DNA from: Chlamydiota bacterium
GTDB lineage: Bacteria > Auribacterota > Tritonobacteria > UBA1439
Reading direction: 5' to 3'
Assembly: GCA_037133055.1 (NCBI GenBank)
Contig: JBAXOY010000032.1
Span: 1-27,610, forward strand
DNA length: 27,610 nucleotides
Every line of letters starts with the position of its first letter. Position 1 is the first letter of the stretch. Of this stretch, positions 1 to 9,076 are shown in pieces. The notes beneath the pieces were generated by a model, which did no database searches, was not told the DNA's origin, and saw only the letters and a program-made list of their open reading frames with translations. The position numbers and the translations under genes are program-made.

Positions 1-1
1 C

Positions 2-76
2 CTGCGTTGCGCTGGCCCCGTTGAGCGGTACTTCGGGGCCGGCTACGCCGCCGCGCTCATCAACAAGCTACGATGA
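2..76 (+). CDS. larB: 3' end of nickel pincer cofactor biosynthesis protein LarB (partial)
   Basis: Frame from position 2 reads ...FGAGYAAALINKLR*, resembling the LarB C-terminus (NIDNGFGAGY...IN). Its TGA overlaps the larC ATG (ATGA, 73-76). The first ~10 codons do not match the expected NIDNG. Confidence 0.6.
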   Translation: MRCAGPVERYFGAGYAAALINKLR

Positions 77-1293
77 AAAAGATCGCGTATTTCGACTGCT
101 TTGCCGGCGTGAGCGGCGACATGATCCTCGGGGCGCTCATCGACGCGGGGCTGCGCCCTGAAGCGCTCCGGGCGGCGCTCCGCGGCGTCCCGCTCGCGGG
201 ATGGCGGCTGTCGGCGCGCCGGGTGAGGCGCGAGGGACTCGCCGGCACAAAGGCGGCCGTGGTGACGGGCCCCGGCGCGGGGAAGGGGCTCCACGGGCTG
301 GATGACATCCTGCGCGCGGTCCGGAAGAGCGGGCTCCCTGAATGCGTGACAGGCGGGGCCGAGGCGACATTCCGGCTCCTCGCGCGCGCCGAGTCGAAGG
401 TCCACGGGGCGCAGCTCGCCCGGGCCCATTTCCACGAGGTCGGGGCGGTCGACTCGGTCATCGACGTGCTCGGGGCATGGGCGGGGCTGGATCTGCTCTG
501 GGTGGACGAGGTGCACGCCTCGCCGCTCCCGTGGAACGGCGGGACGGTGACCTGCGCGCACGGGATCCTTCCGGTCCCCGCGCCCGCGGCCGCCGAGCTT
601 ATGCGGGGAGTGCCGGTCGTGCCGCACGCGGCCCGTGGGGAGATGGTGACGCCGACCGGGATCGCGATCCTGAAAGCCCGCTGCGCGGGGATCGGCCCGT
701 GCCCGGCCATGACGGTCGCCCGCGTCGGCTACGGCGCCGGAGACACGCGGTTCCCCGGCTTCCCCAACCTGCTCCGCCTTGTCCTCGGCGAGGCAGGAGG
801 CGGGGAAGGCGCCGACACCGTGGCGGTCATCGAGACGGGGATCGACGACATGTCCCCCGCCCGCTACGACTACCTGGGACGGCGCCTGTTCGAGGAGGGG
901 GCGCTGGATGTCTTCCTGACGCCGGTGATGATGAAAAAGAACCGCCCCGGGCAGCTCCTCACGGTCCTTTGCGAGCCCGGCCTGGCCGGGGCGATCGCCG
1001 ATGTCGTCTTCCGGGAAAGCACCACGCTCGGCGTCCGTGTCCGGGAGGAGCGGCGCATGGTGCTCCCGCGTAGGCTCATCGAGGTGAAAACGCGCTACGG
1101 GCGCGCGCGGGTGAAGCTGGCCCGGCGGCCGGGCGGGAGGGTGACCGCCTCGCCGGAGTACGACGACTGCGCGGCGCTCGCCGCGAAGGCCGGGGCGCCG
1201 ATCGACGAGGTGACGGACGCGGCGAGGCGGGCGGCGGAACGTGAGGCGATGAAAAAGCGCTGGCCTGTGGACAAAGGGGGTGCGCGGTTATGA
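73..1293 (+). CDS. larC: Nickel pincer cofactor biosynthesis protein LarC
   Basis: 406 aa. Motifs YFDCFAGVSGDMILGAL, HFHEVGAVDSVID, CAHGILPVPAPA, GEMVTPTG, ETGIDDM, MKKNRPG, ESTTLGVR, PEYDDC. Confidence 0.95.
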   Translation: MKKIAYFDCFAGVSGDMILGALIDAGLRPEALRAALRGVPLAGWRLSARRVRREGLAGTKAAVVTGPGAGKGLHGLDDILRAVRKSGLPECVTGGAEATFRLLARAESKVHGAQLARAHFHEVGAVDSVIDVLGAWAGLDLLWVDEVHASPLPWNGGTVTCAHGILPVPAPAAAELMRGVPVVPHAARGEMVTPTGIAILKARCAGIGPCPAMTVARVGYGAGDTRFPGFPNLLRLVLGEAGGGEGADTVAVIETGIDDMSPARYDYLGRRLFEEGALDVFLTPVMMKKNRPGQLLTVLCEPGLAGAIADVVFRESTTLGVRVREERRMVLPRRLIEVKTRYGRARVKLARRPGGRVTASPEYDDCAALAAKAGAPIDEVTDAARRAAEREAMKKRWPVDKGGARL

Positions 1294-2357
1294 TCGACAT
1301 GAAGGAGCTTCTGGAGCGCACGATCACCGAGGGGGCCTCCGACCTGCACATCTGCGTCGGGTGCCCCCCGACAATCCGTCTCCACGGAAGCCTGGTCCCG
1401 ATGGAGGGGCCGCCGCTCGAGCCCGGGGACACGGAGCGGCTGGTGAAGGGCGTCGTCTCCGACCAGAATCAGGAGAAGGTGCGCGCGAAGGGGGGCGTCG
1501 ACTTCGGGTTCAGCTTCAGCGACAAGGCGCGCTTCAGGGTGAGCGTCTACAAGCAGAAGGGCTCGCTGGCGATGGCGTTGCGCCTGATCCCCTCGCGCAT
1601 GCTGACCCTCGAGGAGATCGGCCTTCCCTCTATGATCAAGACGCTCCTCTACAAGCCTCGGGGCCTCGTGCTCGTGACGGGCCCGACCGGCTCCGGCAAG
1701 ACGACCACCCTCGCGGCGATGCTGAACCTCATCAACCACGAGCGGGAGTGCCACATCCTGACCATCGAGGACCCGATCGAGTATTTTCACGACCACTCGA
1801 AGTCGGTCGTGACCCAGCGCGAGGTGGGCGTCGATGTGCCGGATTTCAGCGATGCGATCGTCCACGGCCTGCGGCAGGACCCTGACATTATCCTCGTCGG
1901 CGAGATGCGCGACCTCGCCACGATGGAGGCGGCGATCCGGGCGGCCGAGACCGGGCACCTCGTCTTCTCCACCCTCCACACCACCGGCGCCGGGAGGACC
2001 GTGGACCGCATCATCGACGCCTTCCCCTCGGGGCAGCAGGCCCAGGTCCGGTCCCAGCTCTCGCAGAGCATCGTGGCGGTGATCTCACAGCTCCTGCTCC
2101 CGAAGGTGAGCGGGAAGGGGAGGATCGCGCCGTTCGAGCTCATGATCGCGACCCCGTCGATACAGAATCTCATCCGGGAAAACAAGACGTTCCGGATACA
2201 GTCGGACATCCAGACCGGATCCCGGTTCGGCATGAAGACCCTGGACATGTCGCTCATGGAGCTGTATCACCAGGGAACGATCAGCTACGAGGTGATGATG
2301 ACCGCCGCGCAAGACCCGGAGCAGATCCTGATCCAGATCGGGGGCGGGGGAAAATAA
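1290..2357 (+). CDS. pilT: Type IV pilus retraction ATPase PilT
   Basis: 355 aa. GASDLHI, Walker A GPTGSGKTTT, TIEDPIE, LRQDPDIILVGEMRD, AETGHLVFSTLHT, and AIRNLIRE-like SIQNLIRE. ATGA overlap with larC. Confidence 0.93.
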   Translation: MIDMKELLERTITEGASDLHICVGCPPTIRLHGSLVPMEGPPLEPGDTERLVKGVVSDQNQEKVRAKGGVDFGFSFSDKARFRVSVYKQKGSLAMALRLIPSRMLTLEEIGLPSMIKTLLYKPRGLVLVTGPTGSGKTTTLAAMLNLINHERECHILTIEDPIEYFHDHSKSVVTQREVGVDVPDFSDAIVHGLRQDPDIILVGEMRDLATMEAAIRAAETGHLVFSTLHTTGAGRTVDRIIDAFPSGQQAQVRSQLSQSIVAVISQLLLPKVSGKGRIAPFELMIATPSIQNLIRENKTFRIQSDIQTGSRFGMKTLDMSLMELYHQGTISYEVMMTAAQDPEQILIQIGGGGK

Positions 2358-2366
2358 AAATAACGG

Positions 2367-2395
2367 TTGACGGCGGGGGGGGGCTTTGTTAACGT
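2367..2395 (+). promoter_or_regulatory. Candidate sigma70 promoter upstream of polA
   Basis: TTGACG (2367-2372), 17-bp spacer containing a G9 run, TAACGT (2390-2395) preceded by TG (extended -10), with an A-rich stretch upstream. Confidence 0.5.
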
Positions 2396-2545
2396 ATCCC
2401 CGTAACGCTCGGATGTGTGTTCGGGATCGATTCCCCTATCCCTTTTCTCAATCCCATGGTCATTGTCCATCTGTGCCGCTCGTGACGGCTTTTCCGGTCT
2501 CACCGCGGCGATAACGTAACGCAGGCGCAGGCCCTTCATCATCCC

Positions 2546-5209
2546 ATGTCATTAAACCCCTGCCTTCCGGACAGGCAACCGGTGCAACGTCGGACGCTCT
2601 TCCTCATTGACGGCATGTCGTGCGCGTACAGGGCGTACTACGCCATCCGCGACCTCCGGAGCTCCTCGGGCGAGCCGACCAACGCCGTCTACGGATTCAC
2701 GAACATGCTCCTGAAGATCATCCGCGAGCGGAAGCCGGACGCCCTCGCCGTCGTCTTCGACAGCAGGACTCCGACGTTCCGCCACGAGCGCTTCGAGGCC
2801 TACAAGGCGCACCGGAAGCCGATGCCGGAGGACCTCTCCTTCCAGCTCCCCCTCATCCGGGAGATCATCGACGCATACCGCATCGTCACCCTCCAGCGGG
2901 ACGGGCTCGAGGCCGACGACCTGATGGGGAGCCTCGCCGTGAAGGCGGCGGGGGAAGGCTACGACGTCTTTCTTGTCACGAGCGACAAGGACATGCTCCA
3001 GCTCGTCGGCGACCGGATCGCGGTCTTCAGGCCGGAGATCGGGGAGGTCTATGACGCCGACGCGGTCGTGAAGCGCTTCGGCGTGGAGCCGGGGAGGGTG
3101 ATCGAGGTGCTCGCCCTCGCGGGCGACGCGAGCGATAACGTGCCCGGCGTCCCCGGAATCGGCGAAAAGACCGCGATCGAGCTTGTGCGGCAGTTCGGCG
3201 ATCTGGAGGGGGTGCTCGGGAACGTGGGGAAGGTGAAGGGGGAGAAGCGCCGAGAGAACCTCGCGCGCCACGCGGAACAGGCGCGCCTTTCCCGCGAGCT
3301 GGTCACGCTCAAGAAGGACGTGCCGCTCGACTTCGAGCCCGGCGCCTTCATCCTCAAGGAGCCCGACCGCGCCCGCCTGGGCGAGCTTTACCGCCGGTTC
3401 GAGTTCAGGAAGCTCCAGGCTGAGTTCGCTGACGGGGTCGAGGCCGGGACGGCGGACTACCGGTGCGCGGACGACCCCGCGGCACTCGAGCGGCTCGCGG
3501 CGGACCTCGCCGGGCAGGGCGAGTTCGCCCTCGCCGTGGCGGCCACCAGCGCGGACCCCATGGCCGCGGAGCTCGTCGGCCTCTCCTTCAGCGGAAAACC
3601 GGGGGAGGCCTGCTATGCCCCGGCGGACGGCCGGATGCGGGAGCGCCTCGGCCCGCTGATCGAGGACGCGCGGGTGCGGAAGACCGGCCACGATCTCAAG
3701 TACGGGGCGCTCGTGCTCCGCGGCGCCGGGCTCCGCCTGGCGGGACAGGCGTTCGACACGATGGTGGCCGCGTGGCTGCTCAATCCCTCGCGGACCTCCT
3801 ACGGCCTCGACGACCTCGCGCTCGACTACCTTGACATGAAGATCACGCCCGTCGCGGGCCTTGCGGGGAAGAAGCGGGCTTCCCTGCGGGAGCTGCCGGC
3901 CGCGTCGATCTCCGGACACGCGTGCGCGGAGGCCGACGTCGCGCTCCGCCTGCGCGGCCTGATGCAGCCGCGCCTCGACGAGGGCGGCATGGGCGAGCTC
4001 TTCAGCGGGCTCGAGATGCCGCTCGTCGAGGTTTTGGCGGGGATGGAGGAGACGGGGATCAGGGTGGACACGGCGCCGCTCGAATGCCTCTCCGCGGAGG
4101 TGGGGCGCACGCTCGCGGAGCTCGAGTCGTCGATTCACGAGATGGCGGGCGGGCCGTTCAACCTGAACTCCCCCCCGCAGCTCGCCCGGGTGCTGTTCGA
4201 GAAGCTGGGGCTCCCCGCCACGAGGAAGATCAAGACCGGCTACTCGACCGACTACGACGCGCTCCTCGGGCTCGCGGACAGGCACCCCCTCCCCGCGAAG
4301 CTCATCGAGTACCGGACCCTGAGCAAGCTCAAGGGCACCTACCTCGACGCCCTCCCGCGCATGGTCAACCCGCGCACCGGCCGCATCCACACCACCTTCC
4401 GCCAGACGGGGACCGCGACGGGGAGGCTCTCCTCGAGCGACCCGAACCTCCAGAACATCCCGGTGAGAACGGAGATCGGCAAGCGGATCCGGCAGGCGTT
4501 CGTCCCGGGGAGCGCGGGGATGGTGCTGCTCGCGGCGGATTACTCGCAGATCGACCTCCGCATCCTCGCGCACCTCTCGGGCGACCGGGAGCTCGAGGAG
4601 GCGTTCGCCCGCGACGGGGATATCCACGCCCTCACCGCCTCGGCGCTTTTCGGGGTCGATCCCGCGGGAGTGACGCCGGAGATGCGGCGCCAGGCGAAGA
4701 CCGTCAACTTCGGGATCGTCTACGGGATGAGCGCCTTCGGGCTCTCGCGCGACATGGGCATCGGTCCGGCCGAGGCCCGCGACTTCATCGAAAAATATTT
4801 CGCGCACTACGCGGGCGTCCGGGCCTACATCGACAGGAGCCTCGAGGAGGCGGCCGCGCGCGGCTACGTGACGACGATCCTCAACCGGCGTCGGGCGGTG
4901 CCCGAGCTCGCGAGCCGGAGCGGGACGACCCGGGAGCAGGGGCGCCGGATCGCGACCAACACGCCGATCCAGGGCTCGTCAGCGGACCTGATCAAGATCG
5001 CCATGCGCGAGATCGCGCGGGAGCTTCGGGGGGGGCGGTGGCGCGCGGCCATGCTCGTCCAGATCCACGACGAGCTTCTCTTCGAGGTGGACCGCGGCCA
5101 GGCCGGCGAGTTCGGCGCGGTGGTGCGCGCGAAGATGGAGGGGGCGTGGAAACTGCGCGTCCCGTTGCGGGCGTCTCTGAAGACGGGCATGAATTGGGGA
5201 GAACTGTGA
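2546..5209 (+). CDS. polA: DNA polymerase I (true start may be GTG 2582)
   Basis: 5'-3' exonuclease domain (LIDGMS, EADD, SDKD, GDASDNVPGVPGIGEKTA) and polymerase motifs TATGRLSSSDPNLQNIP, ADYSQIDLR, RRQAKTVNFGIVYG, QIHDELLFE. Confidence 0.97.
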   Translation: MSLNPCLPDRQPVQRRTLFLIDGMSCAYRAYYAIRDLRSSSGEPTNAVYGFTNMLLKIIRERKPDALAVVFDSRTPTFRHERFEAYKAHRKPMPEDLSFQLPLIREIIDAYRIVTLQRDGLEADDLMGSLAVKAAGEGYDVFLVTSDKDMLQLVGDRIAVFRPEIGEVYDADAVVKRFGVEPGRVIEVLALAGDASDNVPGVPGIGEKTAIELVRQFGDLEGVLGNVGKVKGEKRRENLARHAEQARLSRELVTLKKDVPLDFEPGAFILKEPDRARLGELYRRFEFRKLQAEFADGVEAGTADYRCADDPAALERLAADLAGQGEFALAVAATSADPMAAELVGLSFSGKPGEACYAPADGRMRERLGPLIEDARVRKTGHDLKYGALVLRGAGLRLAGQAFDTMVAAWLLNPSRTSYGLDDLALDYLDMKITPVAGLAGKKRASLRELPAASISGHACAEADVALRLRGLMQPRLDEGGMGELFSGLEMPLVEVLAGMEETGIRVDTAPLECLSAEVGRTLAELESSIHEMAGGPFNLNSPPQLARVLFEKLGLPATRKIKTGYSTDYDALLGLADRHPLPAKLIEYRTLSKLKGTYLDALPRMVNPRTGRIHTTFRQTGTATGRLSSSDPNLQNIPVRTEIGKRIRQAFVPGSAGMVLLAADYSQIDLRILAHLSGDRELEEAFARDGDIHALTASALFGVDPAGVTPEMRRQAKTVNFGIVYGMSAFGLSRDMGIGPAEARDFIEKYFAHYAGVRAYIDRSLEEAAARGYVTTILNRRRAVPELASRSGTTREQGRRIATNTPIQGSSADLIKIAMREIARELRGGRWRAAMLVQIHDELLFEVDRGQAGEFGAVVRAKMEGAWKLRVPLRASLKTGMNWGEL

Positions 5210-5212
5210 AAA

Positions 5213-5302
5213 ATGAACCGGCGAGTGGGCGAATGGGCGAACCGGGGATACATTGAAGCTTCAAAGTCGCCCATTCGCCGGTTCGCCTTGTCGCCGGTTC
5301 GT
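5213..5302. repeat. Hairpin element with 8-bp-period arms (family A, copy 1)
   Basis: Left arm GAACCGGC-GAGTGGGC-GAATGGGC-GAACCGGG, core containing palindrome TTGAAGCTTCAA (5253-5264), complementary right arm GTCGCCCA-TTCGCCGG-TTCGCCTT-GTCGCCGG-TTC. Confidence 0.85.
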
Positions 5303-5923
5303 TCGAAGAAGGGTCCCCTGATAACAGTCGGGCTGACAGGCGGCTACGGCACCGGGAAGGGCACGGTCGCGGGGATGTTCGCCCGGCGCGGGGCGCTCGT
5401 GATCGACGCCGACAAGATCGCCCACGAGGCGATCGGGCCGCGGCGGGCGGCATGGCGTGAGGTCGTCCGGGCATTCGGCAGGGCGGTGCTCGCCCCGGAC
5501 GGGTCGATCGACCGCCGCGCGCTCGCCGGAATAGTCTTCGCGGACGCCCGCCTGCTCGCGCGCCTCAACGCGATCGTGCACCCGCGGGTGGCGCGGGAGA
5601 TCAGGCGGCGGCTCCTGCGCGCCGCCCGGGAGGGGAGGCGCGGGGTCGCCGTGGTGAACGTGCCGCTCCTCTTCGAGACGGGCATGGAGAAGGGATTCGA
5701 TACGACGGTCGCGGTTACCTGCCCGCGCGGCGAGCAGGTGCGCCGCTGCAGGGAGCGGGATGGGCTTTCGCGAAAGGAGGTCGAGCGCAGGATTCGGATG
5801 CAGTGGGCCATGGGCGAGAAGATACGGCGTGCCCGCCACGTCATCGACAACGGCGGGACGCGTGCAAATACGGAGAAACAGGTGCGGGAGTTGTGGGCGC
5901 CATTGACAGGAGGGGATGCGTGA
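5213..5923 (+). CDS. coaE: Dephospho-CoA kinase (start uncertain; conserved domain begins ~5318)
   Basis: [16 protein letters not shown]-loop, [41 protein letters not shown]. Follows polA, a common arrangement. Confidence 0.93.
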   Translation: MNRRVGEWANRGYIEASKSPIRRFALSPVRSKKGPLITVGLTGGYGTGKGTVAGMFARRGALVIDADKIAHEAIGPRRAAWREVVRAFGRAVLAPDGSIDRRALAGIVFADARLLARLNAIVHPRVAREIRRRLLRAAREGRRGVAVVNVPLLFETGMEKGFDTTVAVTCPRGEQVRRCRERDGLSRKEVERRIRMQWAMGEKIRRARHVIDNGGTRANTEKQVRELWAPLTGGDA

Positions 5924-7284
5924 GACAGAGAACAAGGCCGGAACCGGTGATGAACGACATGCGGAAACGCGAGGACCAGGAAGCCGAGGAGCCGCGGGAG
6001 GTCAGCGGGGCTGAGGGGCCTCCGCCGACGGGGGAGCAGGTCAACATCAGCAAGCTCCAGCAGATGACCATGGCTCAACTGATCAAGATGGCCAGGGACC
6101 TGAAGATCGAGGGGATCGCCACCCTGAAGAAGCACCAGCTCATCCTGGAAATCCTGAAGGCGCGGGCCGTGGAGAACGGGTTGATGTTCGGCGAGGGCTG
6201 CCTCGAGATCCTCCCCGACGGCTTCGGGTTCCTCCGTTCGCAGAACTACAACTACCTGCCCTGCCCGGAGGACATCTACGTGTCGCCGTCGCAGATCCGC
6301 AAGTTCGACCTGAAGAAGGGGGACACCATCTCCGGGCAGATCCGTCCGCCCAAGGACAAGGAGCGATATTTCGCCCTCATCCGGGTCGAGGCGATCAACT
6401 ACGAGTCCCCGGAAAAGGCGAGGGAGCGGACGATGTTCGACAACCTCACCCCGCTCTACCCGCACAAAAGGCTCATGCTCGAGACCACGCCGGACAACAT
6501 CAGCATGCGGGTGATGGACCTCCTCACGCCGATCGGCAAGGGGCAGCGCGGGCTGATCGTCTCGCCCCCGCGGGCGGGCAAGACCATGCTGCTCCAGAAG
6601 GTCGCGAACAGCATCACCGCCAACAACCCGGAGTGCTACCTGATCGTCCTCCTCATCGACGAGCGGCCCGAGGAGGTCACGGACATGGAGCGGACGGTCA
6701 AGGGCGAGGTGGTCAGCTCGACCTTCGACGAGCCCGCGGACCGGCACGTGCAGGTCGCCGAGATGGTTATCAACAAGGCCCGGCGCCTCGTCGAGCACAA
6801 GCGCGACGTGGTGATCCTGCTCGACAGCATCACCCGTCTCGCCCGGGCCTACAACGTCATCCAGCCCCACAGCGGCAAGATCCTCTCGGGCGGCGTGGAC
6901 TCGAACGCTCTTCAGAAGCCGAAGAGGTTCTTCGGCGCCGCCAGGAACATCGAGGAGGGGGGCAGCATCACGATCATTGCCACCGCCCTCGTCGACACGG
7001 GGAGCCGCATGGACGACGTCATCTTCGAGGAGTTCAAGGGCACGGGCAACATGGAGCTCCATCTCGACCGGCGGCTCGTGGACAAGCGGTGCTTCCCCGC
7101 CATCGACATCGAGAAATCGGGCACCCGGAAGGAGGAGCTGCTCCTCCACCCCGACGAGCTCACCAAGGTCTGGACGCTGCGCAAGGTCCTGAGCGGGCTC
7201 AACCCCGTCGAGGTGATGGAGATGATCATCGAGAAGCTGAAGAAGACCAAGAGCAACGCGGAGTTCCTCCTCACGCTCAATTGA
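5920..7284 (+). CDS. rho: Transcription termination factor Rho
   Basis: [74 protein letters not shown] 5920 follows AGGAGG and overlaps the coaE stop; ATG 5950 is an alternative start. Confidence 0.97.
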   Translation: MRQRTRPEPVMNDMRKREDQEAEEPREVSGAEGPPPTGEQVNISKLQQMTMAQLIKMARDLKIEGIATLKKHQLILEILKARAVENGLMFGEGCLEILPDGFGFLRSQNYNYLPCPEDIYVSPSQIRKFDLKKGDTISGQIRPPKDKERYFALIRVEAINYESPEKARERTMFDNLTPLYPHKRLMLETTPDNISMRVMDLLTPIGKGQRGLIVSPPRAGKTMLLQKVANSITANNPECYLIVLLIDERPEEVTDMERTVKGEVVSSTFDEPADRHVQVAEMVINKARRLVEHKRDVVILLDSITRLARAYNVIQPHSGKILSGGVDSNALQKPKRFFGAARNIEEGGSITIIATALVDTGSRMDDVIFEEFKGTGNMELHLDRRLVDKRCFPAIDIEKSGTRKEELLLHPDELTKVWTLRKVLSGLNPVEVMEMIIEKLKKTKSNAEFLLTLN

Positions 7285-7349
7285 CGCGCGCGGGGAGGTC
7301 GGGCGAGCGGGACGCGCCCGGCGCACCACGATCCAACAAGGAGGATGCG

Positions 7350-7724
7350 ATGAAAAAGGATATTCACCCGAAGTATGTGGAGTCGAAGATCTCCTGCGCC
7401 TGCGGCGAGGTGTTCCAGACCCGCTCGACCAGGAAGGAGATCAGGGTCGGCGTCTGCGCGAAGTGCCACCCGTTCTACACCGGGACGCAGAAGTACCTCG
7501 ACACCGCGGGGCGCGTGGAGAAGTTCATGAAGAAGTACGCGGTCGCGAAATCGCCGAAGAAAAAGAAGGTTCGCACGCTGAAGGATGAGGTGAAGGCCGC
7601 GCCGGCGAAGAAGGCGAAGGCCGCGGCGCCCGCCCCGGAGTCCGCGGCGGCCCCCGAGACTCCCGCCCCGGTAGTCCCCGAACCCGCGCCGGTGACGGAG
7701 ACACAGCCCGGGGGGGCCGAGTAA
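7350..7724 (+). CDS. rpmE: 50S ribosomal protein L31 (zinc-binding type) with K/A/P-rich C-terminal tail
   Basis: MKKDIHPKY...CACG...[34 protein letters not shown] upstream of ATG 7350. Confidence 0.95.
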   Translation: MKKDIHPKYVESKISCACGEVFQTRSTRKEIRVGVCAKCHPFYTGTQKYLDTAGRVEKFMKKYAVAKSPKKKKVRTLKDEVKAAPAKKAKAAAPAPESAAAPETPAPVVPEPAPVTETQPGGAE

Positions 7725-7728
7725 GCCC

Positions 7729-7816
7729 GAAACGGCGAGTGGGCGAGACGGCGAAGGGGCGACTTTGCAGCTTTAATGTCGCGCCGTTTCGCCGGTTCGC
7801 CTTGTCGCCGGTTCAT
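7729..7816. repeat. Hairpin element with 8-bp-period arms (family A, copy 2)
   Basis: Left arm GAAACGGC-GAGTGGGC-GAGACGGC-GAAGGGGC. Right-arm segment 7788-7814 is identical to 5274-5300. Confidence 0.85.
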
Positions 7817-7843
7817 GTGTAGCGAGTCGGAGATAGTGAAATC

Positions 7844-8914
7844 ATGTACAGAGAACGGATGGATGCCCTTGCCGCCAGGCTGAACGAGCTCGAGCGGCAG
7901 ATGAGCGACCCGGAGGTCATCCGGCAGCAGGCGCGGTACCGCGGCCTGGCGCAGGAGCACGCGAGCCTGCGGGACGCCCTCGGCAGCTACGCGGAGTACA
8001 CGCGGGTCGAGCGCGAGATCGAGGAGAGCCGCCGCCTTGTCTCCGACCCCGCCTCGGACGCGGAGTTCAGGGCGCTGGCGCAGCAGGAGCTCTCCGCGCT
8101 CGAGGAACGGCGGGCGCGCCTCGAAGAGGAGCTCATGGCCTTTCTCCTTCCCCGCGACAAGGACGACGACCGGGACACGATCGTCGAGATCAGGGCGGGG
8201 ACCGGCGGCGAGGAGGCCGCGCTCTTCGTCGCTGACCTCTTCCGCATGTACTCGCGGTACGCGGAGAAGATGGGCTGGCGCGTGGAGACGATGGACAGCC
8301 ACCCGACGGGGATCGGGGGGTTCAAGGAGATCATCTTCTCCGTCGAGGGAAGGGACGTCTACCGCGGCATGAAGTACGAGAGCGGGGTGCACCGGGTGCA
8401 GCGGGTTCCGGCGACCGAGGCGAGCGGGCGGATCCACACCTCCGCCGCGACCGTCGCCGTATTGCCCGAGGCCGAGGAGGTCGAGGTCGTGATCGACCCG
8501 GGGGAGGTGCGCGTGGACGTCTACCGCTCCTCGGGCCCCGGCGGGCAGAGCGTGAACACGACCGACTCCGCCGTCCGGGTCACGCACATCCCGACGGGGC
8601 TCATCGTGACATGCCAGGACGAGAAATCACAGCACAAGAACAAGGCGAAGGCGATGCGGGTCCTCAGGGCGCGGCTCAGGGAGGCGCTGATCGAGGAGCG
8701 GGAAAAGGAGCTCTCCGCGCTCAGGCGCTCGCAGATATCGACCGGCGACCGCAGCGCGAAGATACGCACCTACAACTTCCCGCAGAACCGCGTGACGGAT
8801 CACCGCATCGGGATGACGATCCACAACCTTGGGGCGGTGATGGAGGGGGCGCTGGAGGATCTGACGCGCGCGCTCATCTCCCGCGACAGGGAGGAAAAGC
8901 TGAAAAACGCGTAA
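7844..8914 (+). CDS. prfA: Peptide chain release factor 1
   Basis: [28 protein letters not shown] (RF1-type PxT), [17 protein letters not shown] (GGQ), [16 protein letters not shown]. Confidence 0.97.
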   Translation: MYRERMDALAARLNELERQMSDPEVIRQQARYRGLAQEHASLRDALGSYAEYTRVEREIEESRRLVSDPASDAEFRALAQQELSALEERRARLEEELMAFLLPRDKDDDRDTIVEIRAGTGGEEAALFVADLFRMYSRYAEKMGWRVETMDSHPTGIGGFKEIIFSVEGRDVYRGMKYESGVHRVQRVPATEASGRIHTSAATVAVLPEAEEVEVVIDPGEVRVDVYRSSGPGGQSVNTTDSAVRVTHIPTGLIVTCQDEKSQHKNKAKAMRVLRARLREALIEEREKELSALRRSQISTGDRSAKIRTYNFPQNRVTDHRIGMTIHNLGAVMEGALEDLTRALISRDREEKLKNA

Positions 8915-8928
8915 GGCGATGAATGAAA

Positions 8929-9006
8929 GAATCGGGGAGGGGGGGAAGGGGGGAGTGGGGGATTTTGAAGTGTAGCTGTTCCTCCGGTTCCCCGGTTCTC
9001 CGGTTC
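8929..9006. repeat. Divergent 8-bp-period hairpin element (G-rich variant)
   Basis: GAATCGGG-GAGGGGGG-GAAGGGGG-GAGTGGGG, an AT-richer core, then CCGGTTCC-CCGGTTCT-CCGGTTC. Confidence 0.7.
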
Positions 9007-9035
9007 GACGTTTTATATCGCGTCACCCGTTACTC

Positions 9036-9062
9036 ATGAACCGGCGAACGGGCGAATGGGCG
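9036..9062 (+). repeat. Solo left arm of family A element
   Basis: ATGAACCGGCGAACGGGCGAATGGGCG matches 5213-5239 at 25 of 27 positions. Confidence 0.75.
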
Positions 9063-9076
9063 TAGGGCATGGAGAA

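Noticed and set aside
2552..7329. Long antisense ORFs (2552-4807, 5344-7329) and similar ones elsewhere
   Set aside because: Shadow frames of polA, rho and other genes caused by high GC3; they contain no recognisable motifs.
7540..7724. L31 C-terminal extension as a novelty
   Set aside because: Low-complexity K/A/P/E tails on L31 are common.
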